A stretch of DNA of 62,956 nucleotides, filler included, from Octopus bimaculoides (lineage: Eukaryota): assembly GCF_001194135.2 (NCBI RefSeq). It is 7 parts of 6 records of this genome, joined end to end, with 100 filler letters (N's around TTAATTAATTAA, not from the genome) between each part and the next. Parts side by side here need not be neighbours in the genome. Positions count along the whole stretch, not along the records: positions 43,615 to 53,579 come from NC_068988.1; positions 53,680 to 55,405 come from NC_068996.1; positions 55,506 to 60,101 come from NC_068986.1; positions 60,202 to 62,956 come from NC_069000.1; 3 more parts are not named here. One strand, written 5' to 3'. The position numbers and the translations under genes were made by a program. Positions 50,130-60,470 of the stretch are shown here, piece after piece. Under the pieces are notes generated by a model. The model saw nothing but the letters and a program-made list of their open reading frames with translations. It made no database searches and was not told the origin of the DNA. Every line of letters starts with the position of its first letter. The stretch's first letter is position 1.

Positions 50130-50410
50130 CCATCATCATCATCATCATCATCGTCGTCGTTTAACGTCCGCTTTCCATGCTAGCATGGGTTGGACGATTT
50201 GACTGGGGACTGGTGAAACCAGATGGCTACACCAGGCTCCAATTTGATTTGGCAGAGTTTCTACAACTGGATGCCCTTCCTAACGCCAACCACCCAGAGA
50301 GTGTAGTGGGTGCTTTTACATGCCACCGGCACGAAGGCCAGTCAGGCAGTACTGGCAACGGCCACGCTCAAAATGGTGTATTTCATGTGCCACCCGCACA
50401 AGAGCCAGTG
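50130..50410 (-). mobile_element. RTE-type 3' end repeat copy
   Basis: Reverse complement of the family. Confidence 0.8.
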
Positions 50411-50670
50411 CAGAAAATGTGTACAGGTGTCTAGGAAGACTGAAAATCTACATCTGTCATCCTCATGTTTAAGAGAACAATCAAATGATAGCATAGCTTG
50501 CAAATCAAGTTGCAGATGTGTGTGTGCGTGTGTGTTGACTGTTGTTGTTTGGTTGTAGCTCTGACCTTGTTCTAGTTAAGATCTTATTGCTCTGTATGTG
50601 GTTATTTTGAATTAAAACTAACTATTCTTGTATGGTTTAATGCCATTGTCTTCTGTTTGCCATTCCATAG

Positions 50671-50819
50671 GTGGAGAACCTGTTTCGAATGTACAACGAC
50701 CGCCGGGAATTGTTACTTCTCAACAAGGAAAGTTCTAAACACATACACAAAAAGCAGTTGGAAGAGAAACCAGAAAATTCTCCTGAAAAGCTATCCATTC
50801 GTGCCGAGAGTGACACTGG
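50671..50819 (+). CDS. MAP3K1: MAP3K1/MEKK1 homologue, exon after SWIM (VENLFRMYNDRRELLLLNKESSKHIHKKQLEEKPENSPEKLSIRAESDTG)
   Basis: ttccatag| acceptor, in frame with the previous exon; VENLFRMYNDRR matches MEKK1 VESLFQKYHSRR. Donor GG|gtgggt gives 149 nt, phase 2; an alternative weaker GT lies at 50824. Confidence 0.85.
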
Positions 50820-51064
50820 GTGGGTACATCTCGGTTGTTATTGTTTATTTATTAAAAGGTGATGGCACAGATGTGGGTAAGAAATTTGCTTCCCAGCCAC
50901 ATGGTCTCAGGTTCAGTCCCACTGTGTGACTGCCTTGAGAAATGTTTTTCAATTATAGCCCCAGACCGATGAATGCCTTTCGAGTGGATCTAGTAGATGT
51001 CTACTATAAACACACACACACACACAAACGCACACACACACACACACACACTCTCTCTCTCTCT

Positions 51065-51290
51065 TTTACTCTTTTACTCTTTTACTTGTTTCAGTCATTT
51101 GACTGCGGCCATGCTGGAGCACCGCCTTTAGTCGAGCAAATCGACCCCAGGACTTATTCTTTGGATGCCTAGTACTTATTCTATCGGTCTCTTTTGCCGA
51201 ACTGCTAAGTTACGGGGACGTAAACACACCACCATCGGTTATAAAGCGATGTTGGTGGGGGACAAACACAGGCACACAAACATATACACA
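51065..51290. mobile_element. SINE family D
   Basis: ttttacttgtttcagtcatttgactgcggccatgctggagcac...cgtaaacacacc. Other copies at ~19295, 55780, 59690 (same orientation) and ~8930, 56140 (opposite). Confidence 0.75.
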
Positions 51291-51291
51291 C

Positions 51292-51334
<43 letters not shown>

Positions 51335-51337
<3 letters not shown>

Positions 51338-51499
51338 GACAGACTTCTTTCAGTTTCCGTCTACTAAATCCACTCACAAGGCTTTGGTCAGCTCGAGGCT
51401 ATAGTAGAAGACACTTGCCCAAGGTGCCACGCAGTGGGACTGAACCCAGAACCATGTGGTTGGTAAGCAAGCTACTTATCACACAGCCACCCCTGCGCC
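51335..51499 (-). mobile_element. SINE family B copy
   Basis: Near-consensus reverse-complement copy. Confidence 0.8.
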
Positions 51500-51710
51500 A
51501 AACACAAATGACAAGGAAGGAAATGAAAATATAGATACTGTATTGATTTAAGTATCATTCCACTCAGGCCACATTACATATAGATGATTACGCATAATTA
51601 ATTATTTAAGAGCCCCATAAATTTGTCTGTAGCTCAACAGTGCAGAGTAGCACCTCATCAGACATTACCAAACCTTACTATTATACATGATATACAGGGA
51701 AGTTTTACAA

Positions 51711-51798
51711 CATTGCTCTGATGAAGCTGTAAGGTGTTACTCAGGAACGCAACTATGAGTCCACTGAATCTTATAACAGAAACAGGTGTAAGCTAATG
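51711..51798 (+). ncRNA. Type-I hammerhead ribozyme-like motif inside a Penelope-type repeat
   Basis: Stem I CATTGCT / AGCTAATG; core CTGATGA (51718-51724); long stem II; GAAAC (51779-51783); AGGT loop; GTA cleavage triplet (51788-51790). Confidence 0.6.
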
Positions 51799-52111
51799 AC
51801 ATTCATAAGATAATCATTTATTCCTTTGCCATCTTTTCTTTTCCTATTACTGCTCTGTACTCAACTAATGCTTCATTCAGAAGCATACGTATATTGAGTT
51901 CTACCTCGGGTTATTAGTATTGCAATGCCTAAGCAAAATATATATCCCTACACATTTTTTTTTTCATCTCAATTCTTTCCATCAAAGAACATAGGCTCGA
52001 AACGTTCAAAGACTTTTCCATTCTTCCTGAGAGTCAAACTGATACACGTGCTTCGTATTTTGTTTTCTGTAAATTTGAATTATATGTGTGCGTGTGTACA
52101 TACAAACATAC

Positions 52112-52157
<46 letters not shown>

Positions 52158-53679
52158 NNNNNNNNNNNNNNNNNNNNNNNNNNNNNNNNNNNNNNNNNNN
52201 NNNNNNNNNNNNNNNNNNNNNNNNNNNNNNNNNNNNNNNNNNNNNNNNNNNNNNNNNNNNNNNNNNNNNNNNNNNNNNNNNNNNNNNNNNNNNNNNNNNN
52301 NNNNNNNNNNNNNNNNNNNNNNNNNNNNNNNNNNNNNNNNNNNNNNNNNNNNNNNNNNNNNNNNNNNNNNNNNNNNNNNNNNNNNNNNNNNNNNNNNNNN
52401 NNNNNNNNNNNNNNNNNNNNNNNNNNNNNNNNNNNNNNNNNNNNNNNNNNNNNNNNNNNNNNNNNNNNNNNNNNNNNNNNNNNNNNNNNNNNNNNNNNNN
52501 NNNNNNNNNNNNNNNNNNNNNNNNNNNNNNNNNNNNNNNNNNNNNNNNNNNNNNNNNNNNNNNNNNNNNNNNNNNNNNNNNNNNNNNNNNNNNNNNNNNN
52601 NNNNNNNNNNNNNNNNNNNNNNNNNNNNNNNNNNNNNNNNNNNNNNNNNNNNNNNNNNNNNNNNNNNNNNNNNNNNNNNNNNNNNNNNNNNNNNNNNNNN
52701 NNNNNNNNNNNNNNNNNNNNNNNNNNNNNNNNNNNNNNNNNNNNNNNNNNNNNNNNNNNNNNNNNNNNNNNNNNNNNNNNNNNNNNNNNNNNNNNNNNNN
52801 NNNNNNNNNNNNNNNNNNNNNNNNNNNNNNNNNNNNNNNNNNNNNNNNNNNNNNNNNNNNNNNNNNNNNNNNNNNNNNNNNNNNNNNNNNNNNNNNNNNN
52901 NNNNNNNNNNNNNNNNNNNNNNNNNNNNNNNNNNNNNNNNNNNNNNNNNNNNNNNNNNNNNNNNNNNTAATATCAGATAGTGAGAATGAGGACTCAACAC
53001 TGCATTGGTGGATAAATATTCTTTATTTGCAGGTTAACAAGGTTACCAATTTTGAGAAATTTCTCCCTACATGAATCCATTGGTAGCCTTGCTAACTCAC
53101 AAATAAATAAATGCACTCGCTGTTGTTGCAAGCATGGTGGTGTGGTTAAGAAACTTGCTTCTCAACCATGTGGTTTTGAGTTCAGTCTTTCTGTGCACCT
53201 CTTTGGGCAAGTATCTTCTATTATAGCCTCAGGTCAACCAAAGTCTTGTGAGCAGATTTAGCAGACTTCAGAAAGAAGTCCGTTGTGTGTGTGTGTGTGT
53301 CTCCTTGTCCTGGCATCATATGATAGTTGTAAATGAGTACCACTGGAATACATGTTGTTTCCTTCATATCCAGTCTTCCTTACAAACAACAATGGCCATG
53401 GGGAAATATTACTTTGCTTGGAAACAAGTTACGGATGGCAACATGAAGCACATCTGACCATAGAAAATCTACCTCAACAATTCCACCTGACTTATGCTGA
53501 CATGGAAAAGTTGACATTAAAACACTGACGATGGTACCCACCATATTATTCTCACAAGGTCTATACACACACACACACANNNNNNNNNNNNNNNNNNNNN
53601 NNNNNNNNNNNNNNNNNNNNNNNTTAATTAATTAANNNNNNNNNNNNNNNNNNNNNNNNNNNNNNNNNNNNNNNNNNNN

Positions 53680-54028
53680 GGGTTCCAGTTGATCCGACCA
53701 ACGGAACAGCCTGCTCGTGAAATTAACGTGCAAGTGGCTGAGCACTCCACAGACACGTGTACCCTTAACGTAGTTCTCGGGGATATTCAGCGTGACAGTG
53801 TGACAAGGCTGGCCCTTTGAATTACAAGCACAACAGAAACAGGAAGTAAGAGTGAGAGAAAGTTGTGGTGAAAGAATACAGCAGGGTTCACCACCATCCC
53901 CTGCTGGAACCTCGTGGAGCTTTAGGTGTTTTCGCTCAATAAACACTCACAATGCCCGGTCTGGGAATCGAAACCGCAATCCTATGACCGCGAGTCCGCT
54001 GCCCTAACCACCGGGCCATTGCGCCTCC
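53680..54028 (-). mobile_element. SINE family E copy
   Basis: Reverse complement of 248-622, truncated by a gap. Confidence 0.85.
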
Positions 54029-55059
54029 ACAGATAGATAATATATTACTGATTATGGTATATAATTGGTCAGAATGTTACTATCTGTCTCGCCAACTATT
54101 GCACAAGGCAACATTGACGATTCTCAAATATGTTAACCAGAAGCGCATAACCTCTTTCAGTCGAGAGGTATATATAGACTCTGGGTTGCCTAGTATTGGT
54201 AAAAGGAAATTGAACGAATCAGTGAGAAAAAATAATATTTTCATGGAGGGAGAGTTATTTTCTATGGATTGATGCTTGCCTGACAGTTGTGTATGTATGC
54301 ATATTTGATGTTCCTTAGTTCAAAAATGGATACGACCAAGTGGAAAAATAAACTTCATACTCATGGAGGCATTATTAAATTATTTAACTTTTATAGTTCG
54401 GAAAAGCATCCAGATCGTGTAAATTTGTTAGTAAATTTGCAATGTTTACTTCTGTTTAGATATGGCCCAGACCGTCCTAGTATCTTTCAATTGATTTTGT
54501 ACCACGTTGCTTTCCTCTTTTGATTACCATATATAGCTGGGTAACGCTGTAACATTTACGCCCCTCTTGCGTTATCAAAATGTGATTATGTAGCCTGGCC
54601 TTAAAAAGGAACTCTTTATCCTAAAATATTTCTGTATATGTGTCACTCTGTTGTTATTGGATGACAATCCAAATGTTTTCTGAATTAAAACAGTGAGATA
54701 TTCGGATGCTGCCCTCATGTACATACACTAAGAGAATAGCATCAATCCATGGGAAATAACTCTTCTTTTCCTCTCGGAAAAAATTTATTCCTGAGTTTCG
54801 TTCCAACCTCGAACTATCCAGTGTCTGTATATACCTCAGGCCTAAACAAAAAATGCTATGCATTTCTGGCAAGCATCTCTGAAGAGTTGTCAATATTTCA
54901 TAATGCAATAGCCGGGGTGAAACCGACAATAACATTTTGGCTAATTTTATGCCATAACCAGTGATATACTGCTCGACTACAGATATGCATGCGTGCATGC
55001 ATATGTGAGTGTGTGCGCGCACGCGTATTTATGTATGTATTATGTGTACATGTACGTAT

Positions 55060-55220
55060 AGGCACGGGCGTGGCTGTGTGGTAAGAAGCTTGCTTTTCAA
55101 CCACGTGGGTTCAGTCCCACTGCATGGCATCTTGGGCAAGTGTCTTCTACTATAACCTAGGGCCGACCAAAGCCTTGTGAGTGGATTTGGTAGACGGAAA
55201 CTGAAAGAAGACCGTCGTAT
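55060..55220 (+). mobile_element. SINE family B copy
   Basis: Clean + copy. Other + copies at ~45595, 50858, 53120 and 55965. Confidence 0.8.
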
Positions 55221-57567
55221 ATATGTATATATATATCTATATCTATACTATATATAAAACAGAGATGTGTGTGTAATCGCTTATCACGTGAAAACGGCTT
55301 CACTATTTACTTCCATACTTGTGATGCAGGAATAATTTGACCTCGGATAAATCTTAGGCTCTTCATTTGATTTTTTTTATTAAGATAAATAATATTGCTT
55401 TATATNNNNNNNNNNNNNNNNNNNNNNNNNNNNNNNNNNNNNNNNNNNNTTAATTAATTAANNNNNNNNNNNNNNNNNNNNNNNNNNNNNNNNNNNNNNN
55501 NNNNNAAAAAGTCTTTAACGTTTCGAGCCTAAGCTCTTCCACAGAATGGAACACAAAAAAACAAGGGGAGAAACACGGAGAGAAAAAAAGAATGTGTAGT
55601 GGCTAGCGATCTATCATGACGAATATATATATATATATACAAGTGTGCGTACATATATTTATGTTTAATGTTTATATCTGTAAAGTTTATGCGCATGTAT
55701 ACGCATATATGTATTTGTATATATATGTGTGTGTATGTATGATGTCTACATGTCTATATGTATGTATGTGTGTGTATTCTTTTATTTGTTTCAGTCATTT
55801 GACTGTGGCCATGCTAGAGCACCGCCTGAAATGGTTTTAGGCGAAGAAATCTACCCCATGACTTATTCTTTGTAAGCCGGGTACTTATTCAATCGGTTTA
55901 TTTTGCCCAACCGCAAAGTTACAGTGGCATAAACACACCAGCATCAGATGCACATAAATATATGCCTATAAGAGCTTGCTTCCCAACCACATAGTTCCGG
56001 TTTCAGTCCCACTGCGTTGCACCTTGAGCAAGTGTCTACTATAGCCTCTGGCCAACTATTTTCATTGCATTGCTTTTATCAGATTTCTTTATATATACAT
56101 TTATGTATATGTATGTATATATATATGTAAGTATACACACACACATCGCTTGACAACTAGTGTTGGTGTGTTTATGTCGCCCTAACTTAGCGGTTCGCCC
56201 TAACTNNNNNNNNNNNNNNNNNNNNNNNNNNNNNNNNNNNNNNNNNNNNNNNNNNNNNNNNNNNNNNNNNNNNNNNNNNNNNNNNNNNNNNNNNNNNNNN
56301 NNNNNNNNNNNNNNNNNNNNNNNNNNNNNNNNNNNNNNNNNNNNNNNNNNNNNNNNNNNNNNNNNNNNNNNNNNNNNNNNNNNNNNNNNNNNNNNNNNNN
56401 NNNNNNNNNNNNNNNNNNNNNNNNNNNNNNNNNNNNNNNNNNNNNNNNNNNNNNNNNNNNNNNNNNNNNNNNNNNNNNNNNNNNNNNNNNNNNNNNNNNN
56501 NNNNNNNNNNNNNNNNNNNNNNNNNNNNNNNNNNNNNNNNNNNNNNNNNNNNNNNNNNNNNNNNNNNNNNNNNNNNNNNNNNNNNNNNNNNNNNNNNNNN
56601 NNNNNNNNNNNNNNNNNNNNNNNNNNNNNNNNNNNNNNNNNNNNNNNNNNNNNNNNNNNNNNNNNNNNNNNNNNNNNNNNNNNNNNNNNNNNNNNNNNNN
56701 NNNNNNNNNNNNNNNNNNNNNNNNNNNNNNNNNNNNNNNNNNNNNNNNNNNNNNNNNNNNNNNNNNNNNNNNNNNNNNNNNNNNNNNNNNNNNNNNNNNN
56801 NNNNNNNNNNNNNNNNNNNNNNNNNNNNNNNNNNNNNNNNNNNNNNNNNNNNNNNNNNNNNNNNNNNNNNNNNNNNNNNNNNNNNNNNNNNNNNNNNNNN
56901 NNNNNNNNNNNNNNNNNNNNNNNNNNNNNNNNNNNNNNNNNNNNNNNNNNNNNNNNNNNNNNNNNNNNNNNNNNNNNNNNNNNNNNNNNNNNNNNNNNNN
57001 NNNNNNNATATATATGCAATTACATATATACGAATATATATACACATACACATGCGTATATATGCACATGAAGTGCACCGACACACATATATTAAACATA
57101 CACTCACACACATACACACACATACACACACATACACACACACACATATACATACATACATACATACATGCATGCACACATATACGCACACACATACACG
57201 CTCACAGACAGACAAGCAGTCACACACTCACACTCATTCCGGGAATGTTTCGTGTAAGCTTATTAGATATTTCTCCTCAGACTCAGACGTATATTAATTA
57301 TTAAATTAAAAACAAAAATCAAGCTAATACAAAATTCATTTAAAATTGCTAATTTCAGATTGCAAATTAGTATATAATTCATTAAATAGCTACGCTAATG
57401 TTAGATAGACACAGTTTCAGCTACCATTCAATTTCAGAGTGTAGAGTAACACTTAATACCATTAATCCCACGTTCCGTTAGCTAAGCTCAATAGATAAAA
57501 TGTAGTTGAAATGTAAACAGAATATATAGTGAACTGCATTTAGTGCGATTGAAGAAAGCATGCGCGC

Positions 57568-57633
<66 letters not shown>

Positions 57634-57645
57634 TTGCGTGTGTGC

Positions 57646-57682
<37 letters not shown>

Positions 57683-57789
57683 CTTGTGGTATAGTCGGCG
57701 TGTATGTTTACCTCTAATGGCGCAGCTATTTTAAATATATTTTTTGTGATTGTATATAATTGTATATAATTGCTTCAAATATTAACACA

Positions 57790-58190
57790 AGGCCAGCAAT
57801 TGTAGGAGGAAGTGATAGGCGATTGCATCGGCTCCACAGAAATGATGAACGGTAAAGTTTCCGAACTTAGAACACAAAGAGAGTTAAGTAATGTTACATT
57901 TTGTCCGACATGCTAACGATTCCGCCGGTTCCTCCTCACCGATCAGGTTGTCTTATATATACAAAAATGCACGATAAGAGAATTGTGATATGTTTATACC
58001 AATTATTAAGGCAGTGAGCTGGCGGGATTGTAAGCACACCGGGCAAAATGCTTACCGGCCTTTCGTCCATTTTTACTTTCTGAGTTTCCACTGAGGTTGA
58101 CTTTGCTTTTCATCCTTTCGGGGTCGATAAAAGAAGTACTGGTAGGACAACGAGACTTATGTAATTGATTTGCCGCCTTTCCCATTACTT
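57790..58190. mobile_element. Divergently oriented pair of family A SINEs (- at ~57790-57930, + at ~58007-58190)
   Basis: Family A motifs on opposite strands. Confidence 0.65.
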
Positions 58191-58581
58191 ACTCAAATTT
58201 TAACAAACTAAGGAGACAAAAACGAACGTAGTATTACGCTCAGATGACTTATTTAATTCATCTGAACGAAATATTATACTTGTTTTTGTCGCTTTAAATA
58301 GTGTAAATATAATACTTAAATTTTAACCAGTTTTGTCCATTCTACTGGACTTATCATTTTCATTTGATAAGAACAGAGGAATGGATAAAAACCACTCCAG
58401 TGTAAGTTCCAAAGGATTTAATATAACTAAAAGAAATATTACACTTGTTTTTGTCCCTTTAATTTGTGTAAATATAATACAAATCGCTTAATTTTATTGC
58501 ACATTTTGACCCATATTGTACATACATACATACATACATACATGCTTACATACTCCAATACATATACTGCATATGTAGATG

Positions 58582-58640
<59 letters not shown>

Positions 58641-58730
58641 CAGCTGTAATAGAGTGTCTCAAGGTTCGGAGTTTCGTGTGTTAGCACTTATGGTAAGTGC
58701 GAACGCTAAATATTTATAAAAATATACATA

Positions 58731-59260
58731 CGTTGGCTGAAAAATAAGTATCCGAACTGTTACCATAGTAACGAGGTTAAAGCACGTAAAGACAGCTACT
58801 TGGCACAGCTTGACCTTATATTCTGCTATGTATGAGTACTAAGTTTTAACATTTTAGCTCACCTCTGCTGTTTACAGCAATGCTTGGAAGGAAGGTGTGT
58901 AACGTGCGATCGCCGCATTTACCATGACAGAGAAGGTTGAGCAGAAAATCTACATCATTTTTTTCCAAAAGCTTGGCGGTACCTGCTCAGAAGCCTCCGT
59001 ATAGTTTTCAAAAAGATCTCATCGTTCTCGACGCAATCAGAGACAGCTTGTGAAACTGAAACCCGAGTGCCTTTTAGGTCAGCTGAAAGCAGTTTGGACA
59101 CAAACTTTACAGACGCGCGTCTCATACCCAAATCGTTAGTGATAATGGACAGAACTGAACCGTAACTAAACTGCACATCCTCTGATAATTCACGGATGGT
59201 GATTCAACGATTTTTCACTCACAGCTGCACGCACATCTGCGATGTTTTTCTCAGTTCTGC
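58731..59260. mobile_element. Mariner transposon relic with internal inversion
   Basis: TA then a TIR-like start. + strand MTEKVEQKIYIIFFQKLGGTCSEA from 58924; - strand EKNIADVRAAVS...FSYGSVLSIITNDLGMRRASVKFVSKLLS...CVENDEIFLKTI from ~59250 to 59000. Confidence 0.85.
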
Positions 59261-59295
59261 TGGTTGCATGTACATACATGTCTTTGAATACACAT

Positions 59296-59348
<53 letters not shown>

Positions 59349-59968
59349 TACACACACACACATATATATAAATATATATATATATATCAGCTATGATTAT
59401 AACTTTTCGTTGTCGGAACTAAAAGTAGTTAGTGACTAATATGTAGGGGATAAAACTGGTCATAGTAGATTTAGCATATAGCTCAGTGCTGTTCATGTAA
59501 GCTGCCGTGCGTGGATGTGTGGAAATATGAATGGATGAAAACTTCACTGTACTAGAGTTAGGAAATGTTTCGTAGAATTAAACCTACATAATTTTTAACT
59601 ATGAACTCTACATCACATAGAAATACATATATATTCACACAAACACACACATACAAACACATGCATATGTATACAAGTATCTGTATGCGTGTGCATGTCT
59701 TTTGCTTTTTTCACTCATCAGACTGTGGCCATGCAGGGGCATCATCTTGAGGAACTTCAATTGAACGAATCGACCGCAGTACTTCATTTTAAGCCTGTAC
59801 TTATTCTGTCAGTTCCCTTTGCCGAATCGCTAACTTACGGGGACGTAAACAAACCAGCGCCAGCTCTGAAATGCTGCTCGGGAACAAACACACACACACG
59901 TATGCACGCATGCACACACATTCATACACTGAGAGAGATATATATACACATACATATATATATATATC

Positions 59969-60009
<41 letters not shown>

Positions 60010-60029
60010 ATGTATATATATATAGAGAG

Positions 60030-60078
<49 letters not shown>

Positions 60079-60201
60079 TTTATATATATGTATGTGTGTA
60101 TNNNNNNNNNNNNNNNNNNNNNNNNNNNNNNNNNNNNNNNNNNNNTTAATTAATTAANNNNNNNNNNNNNNNNNNNNNNNNNNNNNNNNNNNNNNNNNNN
60201 N

Positions 60202-60286
<85 letters not shown>

Positions 60287-60470
60287 ATATGTATGCATGC
60301 ATGTACGTATGCATGTATGTATGTACGGTGTGTGTGTGTACTTTAAGCATATATGTATTGATATGTATTCCTGTATATATGTATCTCAACTACTAGGCAG
60401 TGAGACCTGAGTAGTCTATATTTTATGTTAGAGATCTCAAAGGCATTTTTAAATTTCATTAATTTCTTTA

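Noticed and set aside
53033-53261. Next MAP3K1 exon after a strong tttatttgcag acceptor
   Set aside because: Phase-compatible, but it encodes no RING motif, has no good donor and runs into a SINE; at most a cryptic exon.
57235-57295. Minus-strand CTGAGGA...GAAAC hammerhead-like motif
   Set aside because: Stem II does not pair and the cleavage triplet would be GAG.
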